Origin: Patescibacteria group bacterium
GTDB taxonomy: Bacteria > Patescibacteriota > Minisyncoccia > Phycocordibacterales > Phycocordibacteraceae
Length of the DNA stretch: 64,000 bases
Assembly (NCBI GenBank): GCA_040388985.1
Contig: JAZKAU010000002.1
Location: forward strand, 183,642 to 247,641
Reading direction: 5' to 3'
Program-made: the position numbers and the translations under genes
In this document: positions 1 to 8,456 of the stretch, piece by piece
Layout: every line of letters starts with the position of its first letter
How positions within the stretch are numbered: position 1 is the stretch's first letter
The notes under the pieces: model-generated
Told to the model about the DNA's origin: nothing
What the model saw: only the letters and a program-made list of their open reading frames with translations
The model's database searches: none

Positions 1-1
1 T

Positions 2-112
2 GAAGTTCGCGGACGCTCGTATGAAGTATTCCGTGCGGCCGGCGGAATCGCGATCTTTCAGGTTTCTCAAGACGGGAGTACAAGAACACAGGTTTTTCCT
101 CGGATGCACTGA
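2..112 (+). CDS. possible 3' end of a gene running in from the left edge
   Basis: Open frame EVRGRSYEVFRAAGG...FPRMH* ending at TGA 110-112, followed by a hairpin; no recognisable motif. Confidence 0.3.
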   Translation, partial: EVRGRSYEVFRAAGGIAIFQVSQDGSTRTQVFPRMH

Positions 113-133
113 GTTCGTCCCAGGAAAACGAAA

Positions 134-155
134 ACCGGCGCCTTCGAGCGCCGGT
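134..155. terminator. hairpin, probable terminator (rpmB and/or left-edge gene)
   Basis: ACCGGCGC-cttcga-GCGCCGGT stem with an A-run on the left (U-tract on the minus strand). Confidence 0.6.
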
Positions 156-175
156 CTATCGTATGGGAACTATCT

Positions 176-418
176 TTAGATGATTCCTGCTTTGGTGAGT
201 GTCGCGTGGGCGCCGTTCTTCTTGATGTGGCGGAGACCCTTTGCGGAGATATCGACGAGTACGGTCTTGCCGGTCTCAGGTACGAAGATGTGCCGCTTCT
301 GGAGGTTTGCCTTGCGGCGGACCTTGCCGGTTGGGTTGAACTGGGTAGCGCGGGTACGGTTTGAGTACCGTCCGCCTACCTGAGTCGTCTTTCCGGTTAT
401 TGCGCATTCGCGTGCCAT
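176..418 (-). CDS. rpmB: 50S ribosomal protein L28
   Basis: MARECAITGK...RRKANLQKRHIFVPETGKTVLVDISAKGLRHIKK matches the L28 pattern. Confidence 0.93.
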   Translation of the reverse strand: MARECAITGKTTQVGGRYSNRTRATQFNPTGKVRRKANLQKRHIFVPETGKTVLVDISAKGLRHIKKNGAHATLTKAGII

Positions 419-450
419 AGTTTCCGCATGGTACCATCACCTATATAGGT

Positions 451-1092
451 ATGCAACCGGACCTCGCGCTCACTATCTTCACGGTAGTCATTCTCATTTT
501 CTCCATAATCCTCCACGAAGTGGCCCATGGGTATGCCGCTTTTGCGCTTGGAGACCCTACGGCTAAGCTCGCGAAGCGCCTTACGCTGAATCCCATTCCC
601 CATATCGACCTCTGGGGATCGATAATCATTCCGGGTTTCCTGGTCCTCACGCACGCGCCCTTTATATTCGGCTTTGCAAAGCCCGTACCGTATAACCCGT
701 ACAACCTCCGGAATCAGCGGTGGGGAGAAGCCATCGTCGCCATAGCCGGTGTCGCGACTAATATCTTGATTGCTTTAGTATTCGCGGCCGTAGCCCGCCT
801 TGCATACGCGCATGGTGCGAACGCCTTTGGCGACATCGCCTCCGTTGCCGTACTGATGAACCTCTTCCTCGGCCTTTTCAATCTTATCCCTATTCCTCCC
901 CTGGATGGCTATTCTTTCTTGCGCAGTATCCTACCACTTAGAAGTTCCATGGCATTCCGTGATTTCGAAGACCGGCTGCGTCAAGGAGGCTTCCTTACGA
1001 TCATCGTCTTCTTCCTGGTCTTCTGGTATTTCCTTGCCGCCCCGTTCGGTACTTTCGTCTTCTGGATCCTCACTCGTCTCATCGGTACGTAG
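451..1092 (+). CDS. site-2 protease family (M50) membrane zinc metallopeptidase
   Basis: HEVAH (HExxH), GDPTAK, NLIPIPPLDG motifs, multiple TM segments. Confidence 0.92.
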   Translation: MQPDLALTIFTVVILIFSIILHEVAHGYAAFALGDPTAKLAKRLTLNPIPHIDLWGSIIIPGFLVLTHAPFIFGFAKPVPYNPYNLRNQRWGEAIVAIAGVATNILIALVFAAVARLAYAHGANAFGDIASVAVLMNLFLGLFNLIPIPPLDGYSFLRSILPLRSSMAFRDFEDRLRQGGFLTIIVFFLVFWYFLAAPFGTFVFWILTRLIGT

Positions 1093-1103
1093 CTGTTCGC
1101 CGA

Positions 1104-4100
1104 CTACTTCCTGAACACGCTCATAAGCGTTGCAAGCAGTCGGAGCAGTGCGACCTTTATATAGGACAGGACATGCATGAGCGCACCTCCTGGAACCGCG
1201 GCGAGCTGGTTCGCATAGGGTCCCTCCCAACCCGCTAATTGCGGATTGTTTGAGGAATCAACTTTCTCTGGCATGCGTTCTCTTGGCGCATAGGCCCGAC
1301 TAAGTTCGGAGACGGTGCTCGTCGCTCGCTTTCCATTCGATGCGCCTGCCTCGATGGATCTCTTACTAGAGCTCGACACATCTACGGCAGTGCTCGACGC
1401 TGTTATATATGTGAGATGCGGCAGCGGAGACCTGGTGCCGAGAGCTATGTGTGCCGGTGCTGATGATTTTCCTGAACTGGTGCCGGGGGTAGGAGCAGGG
1501 GCCGGCACGTGTGGCACGGTACTGGTTCCTATGTCTCCCGGATCTGAAGGATCTTCTGCCGGATCGGGAGACTCTGTCGGATTACCCGAGGGTGGAGAAG
1601 ATGACGCGTCTTCGATCGCGCCTGTCGCAGGCGATATGCTGAAGTCAGTCGTTCCGTTCCCGTCGGTATCGACGTCGAGCGTGGACGTATGCTCGATGTC
1701 GCCATTTATGGCAATCTCTGCTCGCGTCTGCGCCGTTACCGGAACATTGGCTATGGTGCTGGTTGCGATGACGTCATTGTCTGCAAGGTCTTCCATATCG
1801 AAGGTGAACGATCCGGTGGAGTCTCCAGCGAGATTGAGCGTATAGGACACGCCCGCAGGAACGACGACATACTTCACTTCGCCGAATGTCCCGCTTACGC
1901 TGTCCGGTATCTCCTCACGCGTACTCCCGTCGCTATTCACTCCCGTACGCTTGCCGTCCGCGCTCGTGACAGAGATGGATACGGGAGAATGGAGGAAGAA
2001 GGCGATGCGTTTCTCGGGCGCGTCTGCTGGAGGAGGCGCGTGGATAGAGAACGGCAACGGACTGATATTGAACATGACGGCCTTCAGCAGCACCTGCACC
2101 TCGTCCGCTTCCATGATATTGGCGTGTGAATACGGTTGGCCTCCTGAACTCAGGCTTTTCAGATCGACCCATACAGAGTGAACGGATCCAACGCTATTCA
2201 TCAAGCCCTCGCTCGGGACGGTGACGGTTCCGTCTCCGTCCTTGGTGAAGAGCGGTCGGTAGGCGAGTTTAGGTTGTCCTGATTTATCCGGTGTCTCATA
2301 GATATCGATGCCGGATATGGTGTCGATGTCATTTCCGATGATCTGATAGACATCTATTCCGGGCGGGGGCTGCCAAGCGTCAAGCGTAGCGTGGACTTCT
2401 TCGGCGTAGGAGAGAAGTTCAGAATTCAGGATGTTAGGCGTCTGCAGATCATCGGTCGCGGGCATGCTTCGTCCGCCTTCCTCAGCCAAGAGGAAGCGAT
2501 GCAACTCGCCTGCGGTACTTATGGTTTCGCCATAGGCGTCCCGCTCTTTCTGTAGAAGCGAATCGTTCCCGAAACGTATGAGCGGATATGAGAAGTTTAT
2601 GGCGTTGCTATAGGGCGCAGACGGAAGCAAGTGATATGCCATCGGGTCGTTGAGGGCGAATTCGCGGGCGTGTGCCGTGGACATCAGAATATTGGGCATG
2701 TTTGCCATACCGGGCAGTCCTTCCTGATCGCCATAGAGAACAGCGCCGAGTGCGCGCGGGGCGCCTGACTGCGGAGTATCGACCAGGACAACCTTGTCGA
2801 TCAGTCGAGATGCTTCGCTATCTCCGAGCTTCTGCATGAGCGCCTTTGCCACGAGACCGCCGTTGCTATGCGCGAGAATCGTTACTTTCCCCGTAGGCGA
2901 GGTCGAAGCAAGTTCGCGGAGCTGTTCCTCGATATAGGGAGCGTCAGTGGCTTCTCCGTAGTAGATCCGGTTTCCACGCTCTACTCCGCTTCCCACGATG
3001 TCCGGAAGCGAAAGTCGCCAGTCGTAGGCTATCGGTTTGAATCGCCAGCCGGTGCCGTAGGCGCCGGCTGCTTCCTTCGCCTTCATCTCGCTCACGAATG
3101 TCGAGTAGAACTTAGAGCCAAAGGCATCTGAGACTATGTCTTCATCCTTGGCATAGACGGTGCTGTGCACGCTCTTTCCATGCGCGTCCATATATAGCTG
3201 CGGCACGGCGATATCGGCGATAGGAGGCCAGAGAGGAATGCCTATGCACGAGTCGTCAATGACTAGGCAGAGCGGATTCTCAAGATATAATCTGCTGGCC
3301 TTTATGCCGGGAAGGAATAATACGCTCGAAAGTACGTCCGTCGGAGGAGTGGTCGTGGCTTGGATGGATGGCGTAATCGTATCGCAGGCTGCTTCGCTCG
3401 CGCATATGGCGAAGGCTGGGATGCCCTGCGTATCCGCTATGACGCTACGCGTTCCGTCATTAGGATCGAGTGCGCCCCACATCCAACCCGCTCCTTTACT
3501 CGGATCTACTCTGAACGCCTGACCGCATCCGCCAGCCGAAGTACGCACGGCGTGCGTGTATTGCTGGTCTGGACCTCGTACGTCGTATCCCCACGTATTT
3601 CCGGGCAGAAACGAGTTCAGGTAGTAGTTATTCGTCGGACATCCAACCAATCCGTCGAAGAATACGACAGCGTAGTAGTCGCCAGGCGCTAGACCGTTTA
3701 TGAGTGAGTGCGGTATTCCTACACCCGCCGGAATGATGCCGGGCGTGTAATTAGATGGGGCGATGACGCTTCCTCCTGTGGCATGGTCTATAAGAGGTAG
3801 GGTACTGCGCACGATAGGTACGGGTTCGCTCTCAATATCTCTAAGGTTTCCAGCTCCGTCCGCAATAGTAACGGTGTACCCTATCGCAGACCACGAAGTT
3901 TCCGGAGCCACCACGGGCACATTGACCGAGAATGGCGAGGATACATTCCTGATCGTATCGGCTTCGCTCGTATACCCGCCGTATACTTTCTGACCGTCGG
4001 CATCAATACCGTACGTGAATTCATTGATAATCTGCGGCGTAGAGCCTGTACCGTCGAACGTGCCTGCCACATGAGCGGTCCAGGTTCCGGAGAGCCCGGG

Positions 4101-4679
4101 ATCCTGAGCGAAGGTGGCGGTAAGGGTGCCGGTGGGTGGCACGGTATCTACCAAGATAGAGCCTTCAACCATGGGAGACGCCCCGGATGCGGTGGTTCCG
4201 ATGATCGAGAAAGAATGCATGCCATCCGGTATGTCGCTAGGAAGCGTGAGTTGAGCTGTCGAGAAGATGCCGTCTGGCACATTCTTGCTCAAGGGCTCAT
4301 TCGCAGATAAGCCTAGTTCCCGAAAATCAGCCGTAGCGGTTTCCCAGGAATGGGCTGAACTCACGAAAAAATAGAACGGATCGCCAGGTTTAAGAGCAGT
4401 CTGTAACGGGCCGTGGAAGAACATATCCGGAAGTCCTGTACCCAAATGCGGAGACTCGGATTCCGCTTCGCGCATCGTATCCTCTGGTGTCGAGTATCCG
4501 ACATCGGGATCCGTCGTCGCGTCCGCTTTTATATGAGTCGTGGTGCCATCAGACGGCGAAGAGGTCGAAGCAATAATCTGTTGCTCTGCGGGAATGTCAG
4601 TCGGCAGCGCTATCTCTTCGGCATGTAGTATGCCTGGCCGGAACAGGTATATAAGTATGAATAAGATAAACGTAAGCAT
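1104..4679 (-). CDS. large secreted/surface protein with LCAT/PGAP1-like alpha/beta hydrolase (lipase) domain
   Basis: Signal-like N-terminus at MLTFILFILIYL (ATG 4679; ORF track start 4853); VLFLPGIKASRL, YDWRLS, AHSNGG nucleophile elbow, DTPQSGAP, DGDGTV; Ser/Pro/Thr-rich tail. Confidence 0.8.
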   Translation of the reverse strand: MLTFILFILIYLFRPGILHAEEIALPTDIPAEQQIIASTSSPSDGTTTHIKADATTDPDVGYSTPEDTMREAESESPHLGTGLPDMFFHGPLQTALKPGDPFYFFVSSAHSWETATADFRELGLSANEPLSKNVPDGIFSTAQLTLPSDIPDGMHSFSIIGTTASGASPMVEGSILVDTVPPTGTLTATFAQDPGLSGTWTAHVAGTFDGTGSTPQIINEFTYGIDADGQKVYGGYTSEADTIRNVSSPFSVNVPVVAPETSWSAIGYTVTIADGAGNLRDIESEPVPIVRSTLPLIDHATGGSVIAPSNYTPGIIPAGVGIPHSLINGLAPGDYYAVVFFDGLVGCPTNNYYLNSFLPGNTWGYDVRGPDQQYTHAVRTSAGGCGQAFRVDPSKGAGWMWGALDPNDGTRSVIADTQGIPAFAICASEAACDTITPSIQATTTPPTDVLSSVLFLPGIKASRLYLENPLCLVIDDSCIGIPLWPPIADIAVPQLYMDAHGKSVHSTVYAKDEDIVSDAFGSKFYSTFVSEMKAKEAAGAYGTGWRFKPIAYDWRLSLPDIVGSGVERGNRIYYGEATDAPYIEEQLRELASTSPTGKVTILAHSNGGLVAKALMQKLGDSEASRLIDKVVLVDTPQSGAPRALGAVLYGDQEGLPGMANMPNILMSTAHAREFALNDPMAYHLLPSAPYSNAINFSYPLIRFGNDSLLQKERDAYGETISTAGELHRFLLAEEGGRSMPATDDLQTPNILNSELLSYAEEVHATLDAWQPPPGIDVYQIIGNDIDTISGIDIYETPDKSGQPKLAYRPLFTKDGDGTVTVPSEGLMNSVGSVHSVWVDLKSLSSGGQPYSHANIMEADEVQVLLKAVMFNISPLPFSIHAPPPADAPEKRIAFFLHSPVSISVTSADGKRTGVNSDGSTREEIPDSVSGTFGEVKYVVVPAGVSYTLNLAGDSTGSFTFDMEDLADNDVIATSTIANVPVTAQTRAEIAINGDIEHTSTLDVDTDGNGTTDFSISPATGAIEDASSSPPSGNPTESPDPAEDPSDPGDIGTSTVPHVPAPAPTPGTSSGKSSAPAHIALGTRSPLPHLTYITASSTAVDVSSSSKRSIEAGASNGKRATSTVSELSRAYAPRERMPEKVDSSNNPQLAGWEGPYANQLAAVPGGALMHVLSYIKVALLRLLATLMSVFRK

Positions 4680-4749
4680 GGAAGTTGGATTAGCTGTTAA
4701 GTGATTCGATGCACGAGAGAAATATATAAACTGGGTGATAAAGAATTTC

Positions 4750-4956
4750 TCAGACGGCGGTAAAGGTTTCCTTATTAATTTCTCTAGGAAAGCCCTGGCT
4801 CGACGTATTCTTCGACCAGCCCTGCCTGTCCTGTGGAAAATCCTGATTATCAATCTCTTGCGTCTGTACTCCCGCTGGTAACAGCACGAAAATCCACAAG
4901 ATCGAGATGGCTATGATGCTGTCGATATGGGCGATGAGATGAAGAGTGTGGTTCAT
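4750..4956 (-). CDS. small hypothetical membrane protein
   Basis: 68-aa ORF with one hydrophobic segment; fills the gap if the lipase starts at 4679. Confidence 0.3.
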   Translation of the reverse strand: MNHTLHLIAHIDSIIAISILWIFVLLPAGVQTQEIDNQDFPQDRQGWSKNTSSQGFPREINKETFTAV

Positions 4957-5051
4957 TCAGGTACGGTACCCGGCCAGGCATGAGAATTACTTCAAGTCCT
5001 CCTAAAGAGTTCCTTACGAATTTCCAGAGAAGGGTCTGATAAGATGCAGCT

Positions 5052-5561
5052 ATGGTACGGCTCGACGTGAATGGATTTCAAGAAACGCTCCACGACAATA
5101 TGTGCGGCCCGGCCTCGCTCAAGATCGTTCTGGGATATTACGGCATCGAAAAGAGCGAGCAAGAGCTTGCGGTGCTCGTAGGCAAAGGCGATCTGGGGAC
5201 TGACGAGAAGGGAATAGCAAAGGCAGCGGAGTCCTTTGGACTCCAGGTCACTATCAAGAACGAAAGCTCCTTCGAGGACATCGGAGAGTGGCTCGGCAAA
5301 GGAGTGCCGGTAATCGTTAACTGGTTCACCAGAGGGCGTTCTGACTATCCGGATTCAGAAGTTGCCGACGGCCACTATTCCGTAGTCACCGGACTCGACG
5401 GGGAGTACATTTATTTACAGGACCCTGAGATAGGGGAGCTGCGGACGATAACGCGGGATGACTTTGTGAGAGTGTGGTTCGACTTTTCCGGTGAAACTAT
5501 CAAGCCTGAAGAACTCATAATCAGGCAACTCATTGCAGTCTATCCACGCGATACTATATGA
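5052..5561 (+). CDS. C39-like cysteine peptidase (stand-alone)
   Basis: FQE...MCGPASLKIVLGYYG, GHYSVV, IYLQDP: Cys-His-Asp pattern of the C39 family. Confidence 0.85.
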   Translation: MVRLDVNGFQETLHDNMCGPASLKIVLGYYGIEKSEQELAVLVGKGDLGTDEKGIAKAAESFGLQVTIKNESSFEDIGEWLGKGVPVIVNWFTRGRSDYPDSEVADGHYSVVTGLDGEYIYLQDPEIGELRTITRDDFVRVWFDFSGETIKPEELIIRQLIAVYPRDTI

Positions 5562-6097
5562 AAGTCCTTCCACGCACAGAATTCGGCAATCCTATACTGC
5601 GAGCTAAGGCGAAAGCCGTTCCTCTTAAGTCTTTAGAGACTCCAGAGCTCAAGAATCTGATACGAGAGATGATCTTCACCATGCGAAAGACGGGCGGGGT
5701 GGGTCTAGCCGCTCCGCAAATCGGAAGATCGCTTCGTCTGGCGGTTATGGGAATGCATCCGACGAAGTATCGGCCATATCTCGAGAAGAGAGACCTTATA
5801 GTCATCGTGAACCCACGCATAATCGAATATTCGAAGTCTACGAAGAACGACTGGGAAGGGTGCTTGAGCTTCGCGCCGAAATACATCGGCGCAGTCATAC
5901 CACGTCCATCGTCCATAACGGTTGAGTACCATACCGAGAAGGGTGAGAAAGTAGTCGAGAAGGCTTCGGGCTTATGGGCCCGTATCTTCCAGCATGAGAT
6001 AGACCACCTCAACGGTATCGGCTACATGGACCGTATCAAGGACCCGAAGATGTTCATGACGGTGAACGAATTCAGGAAGAGAAACCTCAAGAAGTAG
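5558..6097 (+). CDS. def: peptide deformylase
   Basis: GGVGLAAPQIG, EGCLS, QHEIDH motifs. Confidence 0.95.
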   Translation: MKVLPRTEFGNPILRAKAKAVPLKSLETPELKNLIREMIFTMRKTGGVGLAAPQIGRSLRLAVMGMHPTKYRPYLEKRDLIVIVNPRIIEYSKSTKNDWEGCLSFAPKYIGAVIPRPSSITVEYHTEKGEKVVEKASGLWARIFQHEIDHLNGIGYMDRIKDPKMFMTVNEFRKRNLKK

Positions 6098-6102
6098 TGA
6101 GC

Positions 6103-6906
6103 CTAAGCAGCAGTATCTTTCACCATCAGCTCTCGGAGGATCTCGTTTCCGTCTATGACCTTAGAAGTATTTTGTACGTATTCGAATAAAAGGTAGAGCA
6201 TCTTTTGGATCTGCGAGTGCTTGATCTCGATGACAAGCTCTTCACGCATAGAAATGAGATACACGCTGTCCTTGAAAAGGAACATCTCTCCTTTGTGCTT
6301 GAAATACTCTTCGTCAATCTCGTTCACGCGGTACGCTCGGCCTTCAAAGTGCTTCGCCCACTCGAACCCCATGATCTCGAAGGAACGTTCGAGACTGCCT
6401 TCGGGTATTACGACTTGAATGACCATCCCGTTCTTCTTTATGCTCTTGTTCAGCTCGTGGATCGTTTCGGCTCCGAGCAAGTCACGCCAGTCAGCAAATA
6501 CGTTATCACCTTGGAAGCCTATGCACGTCTCGCCACGATGCTCTTGAAAGATATAGCGCATCACCTCGCTTATGGTCTTACTCCCTCGGTATACTTTTAT
6601 ACCAACATTACCCTCCTGGTACAGCACCTCCTTTTCTTCCCGCGAACCGAGGATTTCCTCTCGTGCTTTCTCCAAGAGTCTGTTTATGGCAGATGCTGAA
6701 GCGATTCTCCAATGCCGTGCTCCTTTAATGGAGTGACACGCTACGAGGCCTTGTTCCTCTAGTTGGGCGAGGATCGCATAAATAGCAGGACGTGAAATAT
6801 CGGTTTCCTTGGATATCTGTACTGGAGTCTCGCGTCCAGCCTTCACCTGCGCCAAGACTGAACGCGCAGCGTTTGAGAGCCCGAATGCCTTAAATGTCGT
6901 GGTCAT
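6103..6906 (-). CDS. TrmB-like winged-HTH transcriptional regulator
   Basis: FGLSNAARSVL...ISKETDISRPAIYAILAQLEEQGLV N-terminal HTH, IKVYRG linker, PLD-like C-terminal domain; ATG 6906 preferred over TTG 6924. Confidence 0.8.
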   Translation of the reverse strand: MTTTFKAFGLSNAARSVLAQVKAGRETPVQISKETDISRPAIYAILAQLEEQGLVACHSIKGARHWRIASASAINRLLEKAREEILGSREEKEVLYQEGNVGIKVYRGSKTISEVMRYIFQEHRGETCIGFQGDNVFADWRDLLGAETIHELNKSIKKNGMVIQVVIPEGSLERSFEIMGFEWAKHFEGRAYRVNEIDEEYFKHKGEMFLFKDSVYLISMREELVIEIKHSQIQKMLYLLFEYVQNTSKVIDGNEILRELMVKDTAA

Positions 6907-7067
6907 GGGTGAATCGTATGCCAAACGCTAAATCATGTAAAGTTTTTTAGACATACAAAAGACCGTATCTTAGGCATATATACAGTAAGTTTTACATTTT
7001 TGTACTTCGTGTTCTAGAAAACCTACCTTTACTAAGGAAGTTCACCGACATAGCCAAGGAGGCATTC

Positions 7068-8021
7068 ATGTCGAAGCCAAAAAAGATATACGCAACATTC
7101 GTGTTGCCTGCGCCGAACGGATGCAACCTGGACTGCGCATTCTGTGTCATCGCCCATCGCAGGGAGGCTATAGATTCGAGACTAATCCACGAAGACTATC
7201 TCCGTTTCCTAACCGATATTCTCGTGCATATGCCGATAGCACGCTTCAGCATTCAGGGATATGAGCCGTTGCTGCCGGAAACCTGGCCACTGACGAAGGC
7301 GCTGCTCGAAATTGCAGGCGCATTCTTCTGCGAGACGTCATTCGTAACAAACGGTACGTATCTAGCAGAACACGCGCGCGAGCTAGGAGCCTTCCCCGGT
7401 CTCGTCGACGCTGTCACCATTTCTATTGATAGCGCCGATCCTGCCATCCACGACAAGCTTCGCCGGAAGAGTGGAGCCTTGGAAAGAGCGCTTGAGGGCA
7501 TCATGGCCCTAAGGCGTGAGTTCAGTGGGGACATCGCCGTGAACTCGGTCCTTTTTCCAGGAAAGATGGAATATCTGAAAGACATGCCACAGCTGCTCGC
7601 CAACCTCGGCGTTCGGGAGTGGATCATCTCTCCGCACATCCGTGTCGGAAGTGACGTGAAGGTTCCGCACGGGGAGGATCTGAAATACGACTTGCTGGAA
7701 CTGAGCGCAATGGCACACGCGTTCGGGGTCAAGGTACTTCTTTCTGACGAGCTTCGGCTTACTGAAGGGAGCGACCTATACACTGATCTCTACGTACGGT
7801 CGCTCAAGAGCGAAGATGAGATCTTCAGGCTTTCTCCCGACAGCACTTGTTCTCGCGGGCTCGAGATTCTGGGGACCGTGGACTCTGTTCCTGAGTGGGA
7901 CGGGGCCGAACGCCCTTCGTTGTTCCTGAGGCGCATCTTCGCAGAATGCGGAGTCTCGCTTCAGAGCAGAAGCAAACTAGCTCGGGTATTCGCGTCGTGG
8001 CATGCAAACAGAATCGCGTAA
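7068..8021 (+). CDS. radical SAM enzyme, no SPASM/twitch domain evident
   Basis: CNLDCAFC (CxxxCxxC), QGYEPLL (GGEP-like), VTNGT, ISIDS, HDKLR; SD AAGGAGG at 7056-7062. Confidence 0.92.
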   Translation: MSKPKKIYATFVLPAPNGCNLDCAFCVIAHRREAIDSRLIHEDYLRFLTDILVHMPIARFSIQGYEPLLPETWPLTKALLEIAGAFFCETSFVTNGTYLAEHARELGAFPGLVDAVTISIDSADPAIHDKLRRKSGALERALEGIMALRREFSGDIAVNSVLFPGKMEYLKDMPQLLANLGVREWIISPHIRVGSDVKVPHGEDLKYDLLELSAMAHAFGVKVLLSDELRLTEGSDLYTDLYVRSLKSEDEIFRLSPDSTCSRGLEILGTVDSVPEWDGAERPSLFLRRIFAECGVSLQSRSKLARVFASWHANRIA

Positions 8022-8048
8022 GCAAGCGATAGGAAGGAGGTACATGAT

Positions 8049-8138
8049 ATGGCAGTAGCCTACGCCGGAAGGCTGAGGCGCAGGGCGAGCTTCGGCTCGT
8101 TCCTGCGCCGAGCGTTCCGGTTCGCCAGAACTCTCTGA
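8049..8138 (+). CDS. 29-aa cationic peptide 1: MAVAYAGRLRRRASFGSFLRRAFRFARTL
   Basis: SD AGGAAGGAGGT 8031-8041, ATG 8049, TGA 8136-8138; paralog of the next two ORFs. Confidence 0.85.
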   Translation: MAVAYAGRLRRRASFGSFLRRAFRFARTL

Positions 8139-8170
8139 AGACTCGTCTAAACGAAAGGAGGTGATTGCTT

Positions 8171-8260
8171 ATGGGCGCGTTGTATGGCGGAAGGCTTGCG
8201 CGCAAGCCGAGCTTCGGCTCGCTGATACGCCGAGCGTTCCGGTTCATGGGGGTCTTCTAG
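8171..8260 (+). CDS. 29-aa cationic peptide 2: MGALYGGRLARKPSFGSLIRRAFRFMGVF
   Basis: SD AAAGGAGGTGA 8154-8164, ATG 8171, TAG 8258-8260. Confidence 0.85.
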   Translation: MGALYGGRLARKPSFGSLIRRAFRFMGVF

Positions 8261-8291
8261 GATTCCCTTAACGAGAAAGGAGGTGATGTAC

Positions 8292-8381
8292 ATGGTGGCG
8301 GGTTATGCGGGGCGACTGTCGCGCAAGGAACGCCTCGGCTCGTTCTTGCGACGGGCGTTACGGTTCATCCGTACGCTCTAG
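8292..8381 (+). CDS. 29-aa cationic peptide 3: MVAGYAGRLSRKERLGSFLRRALRFIRTL
   Basis: SD AAAGGAGGTGA 8276-8286, ATG 8292, TAG 8379-8381. Confidence 0.85.
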   Translation: MVAGYAGRLSRKERLGSFLRRALRFIRTL

Positions 8382-8456
8382 CTGAGAGCTAAATCTGACA
8401 ATAGAACATGCCTTGTTCGTTTGTCCGGGTCATGCGCACCTGGGAACAGAACGCGC

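Noticed and set aside
4680-4853. N-terminal 58 residues of the 1249-aa ORF
   Set aside because: Non-ATG start with a basic, non-signal-like sequence; the ATG at 4679 gives a proper signal peptide.
7068-8021. Naming the radical SAM as viperin, PqqE, MoaA or a SPASM maturase
   Set aside because: The shared motifs (TNG, SIDS, NSV) are generic to the core fold and no auxiliary-cluster Cys motif is present; it cannot be assigned without a search.
7825-8247. 140-aa minus-strand ORF in the ORF track
   Set aside because: Antisense shadow of the radical SAM end and peptides 1-2; no SD or motif.
8031-8381. Three roughly 121-nt repeats read as a CRISPR array or non-coding tandem repeat
   Set aside because: No constant repeat/unique spacer alternation and no cas genes; variation is codon-structured and each unit has SD, ATG and stop.
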